A stretch of 51,606 nt of DNA from a virus (taxonomy: Duplodnaviria > Caudoviricetes), in the IMG/VR virus record IMGVR_UViG_3300049136_000115, positions 1-51,606 of that record. One strand, written 5' to 3'. The first letter of the stretch is position 1, and the number at the start of each line of letters is the position of its first letter. The notes beneath the pieces are model-generated. The model was not told the origin of the DNA, did no database searches, and saw nothing but the letters and a program-made list of their open reading frames with translations. The position numbers and the translations under genes were made by a program. Positions 18,703 through 27,716 of the stretch are shown in pieces.

Positions 18703-20172
18703 TCAGCCGGTCTTGTCGAGCATCCGGAACGCGCCGTCGTTCACCGAGTCGGCGCCGACCCGGTAGTACGCGTACCAGCCGCGCTGACCGGTCGGCCGAC
18801 GGTTCGCGCCCACCAGGTGCGGGATGAACTCCACCGTCATGCCCACGCGGTCGGCGATCACGTAGTTGCTGAAGTCGCCGTAGATGAGGACGTAGTTGGA
18901 CTGCGCTGCCGCGATCGCGCTGTCCATGTTTTCGGCCTCGTACGCGTTCCGGCCCAGAAGCTGCGGCGGCACGTCCGCGCCGAGGCGCTCCCACGCCTGG
19001 GTGTTGGCGTCCGACAGCTGCCGGATGTCGTTGTAGATCGCCCGGTTCGCCATCCAGGAGGCGTTGCCCCGGTAGCGGGCGGGCAGCGCGTCGTCCAGCG
19101 CGTACACGTCCGCCAGCGCCAGCGACGTGCCGGCGATGTTCACCTCGGAAGAGGTGCCGGTCAGGGCGGTGACGATGCCGGTCGGCTGGCCGGCGCCGGT
19201 GCCGAGGGCGAACGCCGCCGCCTCCAGCGTGTCCTTGCCCATGGCGAGCAGGCGCCCGACCTCAGCCGTGACGTTGGCCTCGTCGGACAGGGCCTGGATG
19301 GAGATCGGCACGAAGCCGTCCGCCTGGTGCACGGGCACGGTCGGCTGGTTGAAGCTGGGGGCGTTGTCCCCGGCCTCCGAGCCTTCGGCCGCCCACCGCC
19401 ACGACACCTCGCCGGCAGAGACGCCGTTCCACACGTCGCCGGTCGCCACGACCTGCCGGGCCACGCGGCGGATCTCGTTGAGGGACCCCGCCGACGTGAT
19501 GATGACGGTCGGGTCCAGCTGGAACGGGACCAGATAGCCACCGGCGTTGTCCGTGAGGGACATGGCCCGTTCCAGGGCCCGCTGCTCCTCCGGGGTGACC
19601 ATGTGGCCGCGGCCCCGGGCGAGCTTGGACCAGGCCCGCACGTAGTCGGGGCTGGACGTGGCCAGGCACAGCCGGGCGATGGTCGACTTGTCGTCGTCCC
19701 ACCGCTCGATGATGTCGGTGCCTGCCGCCCGCACCTGGTCGTTCGCGCCGGCCATCTTCTCGATGGCCGACAGCGCGCGGGCCCGCAGCTCGGTCCCGAC
19801 CTCGGCCTGCGTGCGGCCGAACGTGCGGACTTCGGACAGGTCCCACGGGTTGCGGAACCGCCCGGCTTCCACCGAGTCCGGGTGCAGGATCGGGTCCAGG
19901 TCGTAGCCGTCACGGGAGTTGAGCGGTGTGCCGCCCTCCACCTTCACCGCGGCCGGGCCACGCTCGGTGGCCTGCGTCGCCGAGCGGACCCGCTCCAGGG
20001 CGGCCTTCCGCTCCAGCTGGCGACGGTGGTTGTCGACCTCGGCGAACTCGCGGGTCAGCTCGTCGAAGAGCTGCTCGTCTTCCGAGGTCAGGTCGTCCTT
20101 GTCGCCGAGCCTCTCAAGCTCGGCCTTGATGTCCTTCAGGCGGATTACCGCCTGCGAGTGACTGAGCTCCAT
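18703..20172 (-). CDS. Major capsid protein, HK97 family with N-terminal delta domain
   Basis: AGGYLVP, GTGAGQPTGI, LLGRN, YGDFSNYVIADR, YYRVG; start MELSHSQ. Confidence 0.95.
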   Translation of the reverse strand: MELSHSQAVIRLKDIKAELERLGDKDDLTSEDEQLFDELTREFAEVDNHRRQLERKAALERVRSATQATERGPAAVKVEGGTPLNSRDGYDLDPILHPDSVEAGRFRNPWDLSEVRTFGRTQAEVGTELRARALSAIEKMAGANDQVRAAGTDIIERWDDDKSTIARLCLATSSPDYVRAWSKLARGRGHMVTPEEQRALERAMSLTDNAGGYLVPFQLDPTVIITSAGSLNEIRRVARQVVATGDVWNGVSAGEVSWRWAAEGSEAGDNAPSFNQPTVPVHQADGFVPISIQALSDEANVTAEVGRLLAMGKDTLEAAAFALGTGAGQPTGIVTALTGTSSEVNIAGTSLALADVYALDDALPARYRGNASWMANRAIYNDIRQLSDANTQAWERLGADVPPQLLGRNAYEAENMDSAIAAAQSNYVLIYGDFSNYVIADRVGMTVEFIPHLVGANRRPTGQRGWYAYYRVGADSVNDGAFRMLDKTG

Positions 20173-21169
20173 CAGTCGTCTGCCTTTGCGCGATGCGCGC
20201 AAGCTGCTCATCCATGAGGCCGGTGATCTCGCGGATCTGGTCCTTGAGACGGCTGCTGCGCGGAGACGTTGACGGGTGCTCTGTGGCGAGCGGCGCGTCG
20301 GGAATGGTCGGCGGGTGCTCTTCCGTGAGCGGCGCGCCGGGTGTTGCGGTGGTGCGGTCGGCCAGGTGCCCGTCGGCGGGCGGCGTGGCGGCCGGGCCGG
20401 TGTCCCCGTCGGGGGTGCCGGCCTCGGAGTCGAAGAGCAGTGCGCGCGCGACGTGGGCGCGCAGCTGCGGGTCATCGAGACGGTCGCGAAGGGCGGCGGC
20501 GTCGGTGGCCAGGGAACGGCGCACCTCGCGCACCATGCGCGCGTCTCGGGTGATGTCGGCGACGAGCGCGCGGGCCCGCACGTCGACCGTGGTCTGCGGG
20601 TAGGCCGGGAACACGACGGGTCCCAGCTCCGGCATGCGGACCTCGATCAGGGTCCGCTCCAGGGGGCCGCGGTCGCCCGGGTCCCACAGCAGGTGCGACA
20701 GCTCGTCGGGCTTGACGAGCTTGCCGGCGTTGTCCCGCCACTCGTCACGGATCACGGTGAACCGGAACGACATGCCCTTGATGGAGCGTTCGGCGATGGC
20801 GTCCCGTACGGGCTGGATCAGCCAGTTGTCCGACAGCCGTGCCCGCACGTAGAGGCCCTGGTCGTCCTCGCTGAGCTGCTCGATCGCCCCGATCGGGATG
20901 CTGCCGATGAGCGGGTGACGGCCGTGGTCGAACTGGAGGACCGGAGTGTTCTCGCGGATGGTCTTCCGGAAGGCACCCTTGCGGATCTTCTCGCTGAAGG
21001 TGCCTTCCCACGAGTCGATCTCGGTGGGGGTGTCGAAGACGGCGCCGTACCCTTCCAGGGTGCGGCCGTCGCTCTCGCCGTCCGCGTCGCCGTCGGCGCG
21101 CAGGAAGGTGAAGGGGGCGGTGCGCAGCAGCCCTTCGCGCGGCGCAGCCTGCATGGTGACAGCGGACAT
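20114..21169 (-). CDS. HK97-family prohead protease
   Basis: LEGYGAVFD, GAFRKT, QFDHG, GMSFRF, ELGPVVFPAY. Confidence 0.92.
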   Translation of the reverse strand: MSAVTMQAAPREGLLRTAPFTFLRADGDADGESDGRTLEGYGAVFDTPTEIDSWEGTFSEKIRKGAFRKTIRENTPVLQFDHGRHPLIGSIPIGAIEQLSEDDQGLYVRARLSDNWLIQPVRDAIAERSIKGMSFRFTVIRDEWRDNAGKLVKPDELSHLLWDPGDRGPLERTLIEVRMPELGPVVFPAYPQTTVDVRARALVADITRDARMVREVRRSLATDAAALRDRLDDPQLRAHVARALLFDSEAGTPDGDTGPAATPPADGHLADRTTATPGAPLTEEHPPTIPDAPLATEHPSTSPRSSRLKDQIREITGLMDEQLARIAQRQTTDGAQSLAGGNPPEGHQGRA

Positions 21170-21171
21170 CA

Positions 21172-22515
21172 CTACTCCTGATCGCTGCTCGCGTCGGGTG
21201 CGGGCGTCGGGGCGAGTTGGGGGACTTGGCCGCTGCCGGGCAGCTGGAGCTGCACGGAGTACAGCCCGGAGTGTTCGAGCAGGGACCAGTCCTCGGCGTC
21301 GACGGCGCGGCGCACGCTGTCCGGGGTGAATCCGGCGTCCACGAGGGCCCGGATGGTCTGCGCCTGGCTGGCCTGGATCTCGGCGGCGTCCTTGCGGTCT
21401 TCGCGCAGGAAGGGCACGCCGCGCGCGTCGTACCAGAGCCGCACGGCGCTCGATGCGGCGGTGCCGGAGGCGCGGACGATGCGGGCCAGGGAGCCGGCGG
21501 CGTTGGCCCACAGCGGGTGCATGGTGCCGTCGGCGAATCGGCGGCGGGCTTGGCTGTAGTTGGAGTACGTGGCGGCGGCCAGGCCCTCGGACAGGCCCAC
21601 GATGACCGGCGGGACACCGGCAGCGGCGGCGATGCGGGTTTCGCCGGCGCCCTGCACCTTGGTGAAGTCCAGCTCTTTCATGTTGGAGCCGACGACGGTG
21701 ACGTCCGCGCCGCCGCCGACGTACATCGTCTTGCCGGCGTTGCCGGGGCCCTTGTGTTCGGCGTCCATGCGGGCCTGGAACTTCGCCAGCGCGTCGGGCT
21801 TGACCTCCCGGTCGAAGCTGACGATGACGTTCGGGGTGGCGCGGTTCTCGAACAGCGCTTCCTTGTGCGCGTTCATGAGGTTGTCGTTGCGGGCGTCGCG
21901 CGTCAGCGGCGTCATCCACGACATGCCGCGGAAGGAGGCGAGCGGGTCGGGCTTCGGCGCGAAGTGCGCGACCTCGTCGGCCAGGAGCGGCACCGGGTCG
22001 CCGCCGGGCTCGGTGTAGAGGTAGCCGAGCCTGCGCCAGCCGAGGTGCCCGCCGCGCAGCCGGATCGGCTCGGCGATGATCTCGACCCAGTCCGGGCGCA
22101 GCCGCACCAGCTGCCCGTCCACGGCCGTCCAGTAGCTGTTGCCGGCCAGGTCGGCGTCCTGGACCATCCGCGTGAGGAGGTCCTGCGTGGTACCGCCCAC
22201 CCACGGCTCTTCCAGCAGCGCCAGTTCCCTGGTGCCGAACAGCTCCGACGGACGGCCGTTCATCAGCCGCTGCCACTGGAACCGCACCGAAGAGAACACG
22301 TCCTGACGCACCGACAGGCACGCGAACAGGACGCCGTTCGTGGCGGCCTGGACGGCGTACCCGGTGAAGTCCGCGGGCGCCTTCTCCGAGGCCTGGCCGG
22401 GCATCGTCTGCTGCATCCGCGCGACGCTGTACGTGTTGCCCGCGTACGAGACCGCCTGGACGTAGTCGTCGATCGTCGTGATGGATCGGCGGGCCGCCCG
22501 CCACAGGCTCACCAC
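21172..22515 (-). CDS. Portal protein (HK97 family)
   Basis: DLAGNSY, LRPDWV, RGMSW, IAAAAGVPP, TYSNY. Confidence 0.93.
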   Translation of the reverse strand: MVSLWRAARRSITTIDDYVQAVSYAGNTYSVARMQQTMPGQASEKAPADFTGYAVQAATNGVLFACLSVRQDVFSSVRFQWQRLMNGRPSELFGTRELALLEEPWVGGTTQDLLTRMVQDADLAGNSYWTAVDGQLVRLRPDWVEIIAEPIRLRGGHLGWRRLGYLYTEPGGDPVPLLADEVAHFAPKPDPLASFRGMSWMTPLTRDARNDNLMNAHKEALFENRATPNVIVSFDREVKPDALAKFQARMDAEHKGPGNAGKTMYVGGGADVTVVGSNMKELDFTKVQGAGETRIAAAAGVPPVIVGLSEGLAAATYSNYSQARRRFADGTMHPLWANAAGSLARIVRASGTAASSAVRLWYDARGVPFLREDRKDAAEIQASQAQTIRALVDAGFTPDSVRRAVDAEDWSLLEHSGLYSVQLQLPGSGQVPQLAPTPAPDASSDQE

Positions 22516-22757
22516 GTGCGCGGCCTCCCGTCATCAGCGCCGGGATCGGCGACGTCAGCGACCAGCAGGCAGTAGGCGGCGAGCAGGACCCCGGCCACGA
22601 TCAGGGCGACCGGCAGCCCCCAGCCCAGTCCCGTGCCGGTGGCGATGAGGCCGCCGCCCGTCCACGTGCCGATGCGGCTGCGGGTGAGGCGGGTGAGCCG
22701 GGGCCGCCGGCGCTTCGGCCGCCCGGCCGGCGGGGTCTTCAGGCGAAGGCGACCCAT
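22509..22757 (-). CDS. Small membrane protein between terminase and portal
   Basis: Basic N-term then hydrophobic hairpin. Confidence 0.7.
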   Translation of the reverse strand: MGRLRLKTPPAGRPKRRRPRLTRLTRSRIGTWTGGGLIATGTGLGWGLPVALIVAGVLLAAYCLLVADVADPGADDGRPRTW

Positions 22758-24268
22758 GGTTCGACCTCCTCAGGCTCGATGCGCGGCAGCGCGAGGAAGA
22801 CGGCCATGACCATGGCGATACAGGCGTCGATGTGGCGGCGGGACTTGCCCTTGGACAGGCGCCAGCCGCGGTCGGTGTCGCGGGTCGCGGCGGCCAGGAC
22901 GTGGTCGGTGAGCACCGGGTCGTTGCCGTGCACGAGAGTGCCGTCGGTGATAGCCCGGTAGGAGTCCTGGCAGGCAGGCACCATGTGGTTCGCGGACTGC
23001 GGCATCTCCGCCATCGGCAGGCCTTCGTCCAGGAGCACCTCGGCGCTGCGCTGGAAGTACGCCGGGTCGTAGGCGATCGTGATGAGGTTCAACTGCCGGT
23101 GCTTGCGCCGCAGGTGGTTCTCCACGGCCGCGACGTCGATCGTGGCGCCCTTCTCCGGCGTCCACACCTTCGCCTGGACACGGACCTTGCCGTCCGCCCC
23201 GAGCTGGGCGACGACGACGGCCACGCTGTCGTGCTTGTACGCCATGTCGACCGCCGCGTACGCGGGCAAGTCAGGGTCCAGAGCGACGTCCCCTGCGCAG
23301 GCCTCCCACGCGCCGGGCGGTAGCCACGACTCATCCGCGCGGGTCCACTGACCCAAGTTGTAGCGCCGGTACTCGAACTCCGGGACCTGGTAGTAGCGGG
23401 CCACGGTGTCATCGACCCGCACGAACGCCCCAGCAGCAGGGTTCGCGGCCAGCACAGCGGCGCGCAGCTGCTCGGGGTCCTGGAGGTCGAAGTCGCCGTC
23501 GCGGACGCCGTAGTGGACGAACAGGAACCGCGGATCGTCGATCTTCCCGGCGTTGACCTGGTAGCCGTACAGGTGCTTGCGGCCCGCCAGCGAGTCCAGA
23601 TCGGCGCCGGGCGTGGTCGTGTTCAGGACCAGCGAGTTCGCTCGCTTGATCAGGCCGTTCGCGATGACCAGGTGGACGCGTTCCTTGTTGCCGACCCACT
23701 CGTGGATCTCGTCAGCCGCGAACATGCTCGGACGGGGGCCGTCGTTGGTGCCGGCCGCCGCTGCGATCCGGTACGCGCGGCCGGGCCCGTTCTTCACGAG
23801 GATCTCGGTGTCGAACGCGTCGACGTGGTGGCTCAGCGTCGGCGACTCGGTGCAGCAGTTCCGCATGTCGCCGAACAGCAGGTCGGCCTGTTCGAACGAG
23901 GCCGCGCCGACGGGGATGATCGGTGAGCCCTTCGGCCCGAACAGCGGCGGCCCCAGCAGCTCGAAAAGCATCACCCAGGCGCTGAGGGGGGTCTTGCCGT
24001 TGCCCTTGGGGACCTCGAGCATCGCCTCACGGAACCGGCGCTCCCCGGTCTGTGGGTTGTACTCGTACAGCCAGTACAGGAACTGCTTCTGGAACCGCAG
24101 CAGCCGTACGGGCTGGCCGAAGTAGTCGCCCTCTCCGTACACACAGTGCTTCTCGATCCACCGGCAGACGATCGGCCCATGCGTCGGCCAGCCCAGCGAA
24201 CGCGGCGCGCTAAGCGGTCTCGCCGTCGATGACGTCTTGACCTGCGATGACGTCGAAGCGGGGGTCAT
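22739..24268 (-). CDS. terL: Terminase large subunit
   Basis: Walker A VPKGNGKT, Walker B FAADEIH, nuclease AVDMA, YDP, HIDACIA. Confidence 0.95.
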   Translation of the reverse strand: MTPASTSSQVKTSSTARPLSAPRSLGWPTHGPIVCRWIEKHCVYGEGDYFGQPVRLLRFQKQFLYWLYEYNPQTGERRFREAMLEVPKGNGKTPLSAWVMLFELLGPPLFGPKGSPIIPVGAASFEQADLLFGDMRNCCTESPTLSHHVDAFDTEILVKNGPGRAYRIAAAAGTNDGPRPSMFAADEIHEWVGNKERVHLVIANGLIKRANSLVLNTTTPGADLDSLAGRKHLYGYQVNAGKIDDPRFLFVHYGVRDGDFDLQDPEQLRAAVLAANPAAGAFVRVDDTVARYYQVPEFEYRRYNLGQWTRADESWLPPGAWEACAGDVALDPDLPAYAAVDMAYKHDSVAVVVAQLGADGKVRVQAKVWTPEKGATIDVAAVENHLRRKHRQLNLITIAYDPAYFQRSAEVLLDEGLPMAEMPQSANHMVPACQDSYRAITDGTLVHGNDPVLTDHVLAAATRDTDRGWRLSKGKSRRHIDACIAMVMAVFLALPRIEPEEVEPWVAFA

Positions 24269-24749
24269 CGTCGTCCTCGCCCCCCGTCATGAACTCGGAG
24301 TTGAGGTCGGCGAGCGACTTCGCGGCTTCACCGAGCGTCACGCCCAGCGACAGCCGGGCCCGCGGCGAGAGACCGAACCGGTCCTCGAGCTGCCGCACTT
24401 CGGCCTGTACCAGCTGCATGTGCTTCAGCAGCGGGTTCATCACGGTCTGGTCCCGGTAGCCGCGCACCATGTGCCCCTGCTTCCGCACCGCGGTGTGCGA
24501 CCGCTCCAGGTCGTCGTACAGCCGGTACAGCCGCTCCAGCGCGGGCAGATCGGACACCGGGTCGGCCAGCTGCGCCACCGGCGACGCCCAGTACGCCGCC
24601 CACCGGTCCCGCACGCTCTTCAAGAGCCCCGCCGGCGGCGCCGGCACCTCCGGCAGGCCGGCCGCCTCGGGGACGACGTCCAGGTTCTTCGCCGAGTTAC
24701 GGCGCTGCCGCTTCTCCGGGTCCTTCGGCGCTGGTCCTCTCCCCGCCAC
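24210..24749 (-). CDS. terS: Terminase small subunit (P27 family)
   Basis: GRGPAPK N-term; NPLL...EDRFGLSPRARLSLG. Confidence 0.9.
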   Translation of the reverse strand: MAGRGPAPKDPEKRQRRNSAKNLDVVPEAAGLPEVPAPPAGLLKSVRDRWAAYWASPVAQLADPVSDLPALERLYRLYDDLERSHTAVRKQGHMVRGYRDQTVMNPLLKHMQLVQAEVRQLEDRFGLSPRARLSLGVTLGEAAKSLADLNSEFMTGGEDDDDPRFDVIAGQDVIDGETA

Positions 24750-24969
24750 CAGGACCACCTCCCGCTGCCAGTAGCCGTTCTCCCGCCGGCTCCAGCCAGG
24801 GACGCACCAGCGAGACGCCGTACTCCAGCAGCCCGGCGCGAACGTCTCGGCTGAAGGCCGCAGCGACGACCTTCGCCGGATAGCGGTCGGCGAGGTACTC
24901 GAAGGCCCGGAACCGGTGGTCGCGCACAGCCGCCAGCACCTCGGACGTAGCCAGATCGGATCGCTTCAC
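24697..24969 (-). CDS. Hypothetical protein (90 aa)
   Basis: GTG overlaps HNH-kinase stop, GGAGG RBS; YPAKVV..GLLEYGVS. Confidence 0.6.
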   Translation of the reverse strand: MKRSDLATSEVLAAVRDHRFRAFEYLADRYPAKVVAAAFSRDVRAGLLEYGVSLVRPWLEPAGERLLAAGGGPGGGERTSAEGPGEAAAP

Positions 24970-25763
24970 GCCGTCGTGCCTCCCGCCTGCCGGCTGCGCA
25001 GCACCTCGTCTGCCGGGTCCGGCTCGTACCGGTCGAACCACCTGCGGACGTACTGCTGCCACTGCGGCGGACGCTCGTTCATCGCGCGCAGCAGGCACGT
25101 CTCTTCGGGCCACCACAGCACCACGACCCGGGCTCCGTACCGGTCCCGGTAGTACGCCCGGCGCTTCCGCTCCGGCGCAGTCGAGATGACCCAGCAGCGG
25201 CGCACCTGGTGGTTGCCGAGCAGCAGCCGCTCCAGCGCGGCGTCGCGGGCCTCGGTGACGATCGGCAGGTGCGCCTCGATGAACTCGTAGGTGCCCGCCA
25301 GCGACATGGCCTCGCTGAGCGCGTCCAGGTCCAGGACCAGGTCGTCGGGGTCGGCGTGCTCGCTGATGTACCGGTTCTTGCCCGCGCAGGGCGGCCCGGC
25401 GACCAGGACCACTTCGAAGCCGGGCGCCCGGGTCTGCGCCATCGATGAGCCGCGAGCCGAGTTGCACGACCGGCACAGCACGCGCAGCGGTCCGCTCTCC
25501 GGGCCGCCGGCACCGACGGGCACCTCGTGGTCGGCGGTGAGGTTCTCGGCGGGGTGAGGATCACGCTGCCAGCCGGGACAAACCCACCCGAACTGTTCCA
25601 CGTAGGCGCGGACCGCGTCCGCCCGCCGGATTCGCTCCTGCCGGGTGTATCCCTGCCGCGCCCGGGGGCCGGCCACCACCCGGCGCCGCCCGCCCTGATC
25701 GCAACGGGGGCACTGCCCTCTGACGGGCAGTCGGCAGCCGGGACAGATTGACGGCGGACGCAT
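24966..25763 (-). CDS. HNH endonuclease fused to P-loop kinase/AAA-like domain
   Basis: CPGC..CPRC; LTADHE...LCRSCNSARG; VLVAGPPCAGKN, LVLDLD. Confidence 0.85.
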   Translation of the reverse strand: MRPPSICPGCRLPVRGQCPRCDQGGRRRVVAGPRARQGYTRQERIRRADAVRAYVEQFGWVCPGWQRDPHPAENLTADHEVPVGAGGPESGPLRVLCRSCNSARGSSMAQTRAPGFEVVLVAGPPCAGKNRYISEHADPDDLVLDLDALSEAMSLAGTYEFIEAHLPIVTEARDAALERLLLGNHQVRRCWVISTAPERKRRAYYRDRYGARVVVLWWPEETCLLRAMNERPPQWQQYVRRWFDRYEPDPADEVLRSRQAGGTTA

Positions 25764-25799
25764 GATCACCGCCTGGCGTGAGGAGGTCCGATCCGAGCC

Positions 25800-26150
25800 C
25801 AGAGCTGCATAGCCGTGCATGGATATGCAGCGCATAGGTATGCGGCTAATCCGCTGGCCTTCGCTTCGCCGGATTAGGGAGAGGCTCCAGACCCGTACAG
25901 GATCATTTTCAGCAGCGGAGCGGGGTCGCCGGGCTCTGCTGCGGCCTCGACGGCCGGCCGCCCCCCTCCCACGCCCCGCGCGGTGACGGTGCGTGGCGCT
26001 GCGCGGGGCATGGTGACTGTCCGTCGCCTATGCATAGGTCACGCATGGATGCGCGCATGAGTATGCGATGCATGGTTATGCGTCGGGTCGGGTGGCTCGG
26101 ATGCTCCTGCATGCGTATGCAGTCGGGTTGTGCATGGTCGTGCGGTCTGC
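25800..26150. other. Putative packaging (cos/pac) region with ATGC/GCAT-rich repeats
   Basis: Non-coding gap between two HNH genes upstream of terS; dense TGCAT/ATGC clusters at 25806-25843 and 26008-26136; palindrome CCTATGCATAGG 26027-26038. Confidence 0.55.
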
Positions 26151-26216
26151 TTCGTCCGTGTCTGCTCTGCGGTCAGGGTGTTGGGGCGCAGCGGCCGGGT
26201 GCAGGGGCTGCTCGCG

Positions 26217-26492
26217 TTACTGGCCGGCCCGCAGGGCTGCTGCTCGGCTGTCCTTGCAGATGCGGTGGGCGAGGCGGCTGTTGGTCCGGTCGACCGGGTT
26301 GCCGCCGAGCCACAGCGGCTGGACGTGGTCGACGGTGCGGGACCAGGGGTGGGGGGTGCCGTCGTAGGCGGGGTCGGCGTAGCGCTGGCAGATCCAGCAG
26401 TCGGTCTCTTCCGCGCAGACCTGGGCTTCGACGCGGGCTCGGCGCATGTCGGCGAGGGACTGGCGGGGGTTGTAGGCGAGGACCCCTGGCAC
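26217..26492 (-). CDS. Second HNH endonuclease, possibly degenerate
   Basis: CWIC...TVDHVQPLWLGG..N.RLAHRICK (CN replaced by CK); GGAGG RBS. Confidence 0.7.
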   Translation of the reverse strand: MPGVLAYNPRQSLADMRRARVEAQVCAEETDCWICQRYADPAYDGTPHPWSRTVDHVQPLWLGGNPVDRTNSRLAHRICKDSRAAALRAGQ

Positions 26493-26514
26493 CGCGGTCA
26501 CCCCTCCGGACATG

Positions 26515-26546
26515 CCCGGGGCCCGGCTTTTCGGCCGGGCCCCGGG
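26515..26546. terminator. 13-bp hairpin in late-operon leader
   Basis: CCCGGGGCCCGGC-TTTTCG-GCCGGGCCCCGGG. Confidence 0.6.
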
Positions 26547-26607
26547 GTTGCTGATGGTGGTGGGCGGGGGTGTTGAGACCATCCCGACAGCGGTGCCACC
26601 GTCTCAC

Positions 26608-26636
26608 AGAATGAACGGCGCGCTGATCTCTGTCAA
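26608..26636 (-). promoter_or_regulatory. Putative late-operon promoter
   Basis: TTGACA-17 bp-CATTCT on minus strand, upstream of packaging genes. Confidence 0.6.
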
Positions 26637-26647
26637 GCAGGTGCAGG

Positions 26648-26887
26648 TCAGACCCCTTGACAGGCGGCCTGCTTGACCTCTTGGCGGTGTACGGTGTCGG
26701 CGATGTCGGCCAGGTCCCAGAGGGCGAGGGCCTGTCCGCGGCTGGGGTTGGGCATGGAGCCGGCCGGGGTGACGCCGCGGCGGCGCGCCCAGTCGCGGAA
26801 CTGCTTGGGCGTCATGGCGAGGCTGTAGGCGGCCTGGGCGGTGGTGACGAGGGGCCGACCGTCATGGCCGGTAGGCGTGGTGCTCAC
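26648..26887 (-). CDS. MerR/excisionase-like HTH protein, candidate late regulator
   Basis: LVTTAQAAYSLAMTPKQFRDWARRRG...LWDLADI. Confidence 0.7.
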   Translation of the reverse strand: MSTTPTGHDGRPLVTTAQAAYSLAMTPKQFRDWARRRGVTPAGSMPNPSRGQALALWDLADIADTVHRQEVKQAACQGV

Positions 26888-26948
26888 GCGTCCAGTGTGC
26901 AACTACCAGTCGTACCAGTGATCTACCAGCTGCTCCCAGATTGGTAGA

Positions 26949-27707
26949 TCACTGCTTGCCGGATTGATCGGCCGGGTCTGTCAGGTCCTCAATGCCGGCC
27001 TCGGTCGCAATGCGTTGCAGCTCGCTGCTCCATGGCTCGCCTGCAAGTAGGCGGTTGAACGAGGACATGGCGGACCAGGCGAGCACGAGGGCGATGTACG
27101 GGGCGCGACCGTCCGGGCCGGGGGCGTCCTCGGGATAGCGGGGCTCGCTGAGCAATTCGACGGTGTTGGTGCCGGAGTCCGCGAAGAAGCGTTCTGCCGA
27201 CGTGAGGGTGGGGTGGGAGAGCAGGCTCTCCCCTGCGTAGATGGCGTGCAGTGGTGCGCCGATGCGCTTCAGCAAGTGTCCGATGTTGTTGTATGTCTGT
27301 GCCGGGTTCGAGGGCAGAACGGTTGCCTGGACCGCGTCGGCGATGGTGGCGTTGTAGGTGATGCCCGCGCTGTCGGCGGCCTCCCGGAGCTTCTGCTGCT
27401 TGTACTGGAGCGCGTGGTTCATGCTGTCCACGGCGTCCGGTCCGTCTTCGGCCAGCCACCAGATCTGCGCTGTGTGCTCCAGCATGCTGCGCCGGTTGGG
27501 GGCGGTTTCGTGGCCGAAGCCGTGCCGGTGAAGGAGAACGACCGCGTGGGCCTGGCGTTGCACCGTGGCGAGCAAGCCCCAGGCCACGAACAGCGGGCGG
27601 GCGTCGCTGTGGGCCGGCGTGGGGTTGCTGAGGCTGTCCATGAGCTGCGCGAGGGCGTCGAGCCCTCGGTAGGCGCGCTCGTTATCCTCCGTCGGATCGT
27701 TGGTCAC
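26949..27707 (-). CDS. DUF5677-like (HEPN-related) moron protein
   Basis: AVVLLHRHG..E..PNRRSMLEH..QIWWL and Y..ES.LSHPT motifs; less GC3-biased codons. Confidence 0.6.
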   Translation of the reverse strand: MTNDPTEDNERAYRGLDALAQLMDSLSNPTPAHSDARPLFVAWGLLATVQRQAHAVVLLHRHGFGHETAPNRRSMLEHTAQIWWLAEDGPDAVDSMNHALQYKQQKLREAADSAGITYNATIADAVQATVLPSNPAQTYNNIGHLLKRIGAPLHAIYAGESLLSHPTLTSAERFFADSGTNTVELLSEPRYPEDAPGPDGRAPYIALVLAWSAMSSFNRLLAGEPWSSELQRIATEAGIEDLTDPADQSGKQ

Positions 27708-27716
27708 GTGGATGCC

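Noticed and set aside
20114-22534. 806-aa protease ORF and similarly extended starts (capsid 590 aa, tail 998 aa)
   Set aside because: Upstream extensions overlap other genes; coupled starts with RBS are at 21169, 20172 and 10939
26030-26607. Met/Cys-rich ORFs over the ATGC-rich region
   Set aside because: By-product of repeated ATGC motifs; no RBS or coding-like composition
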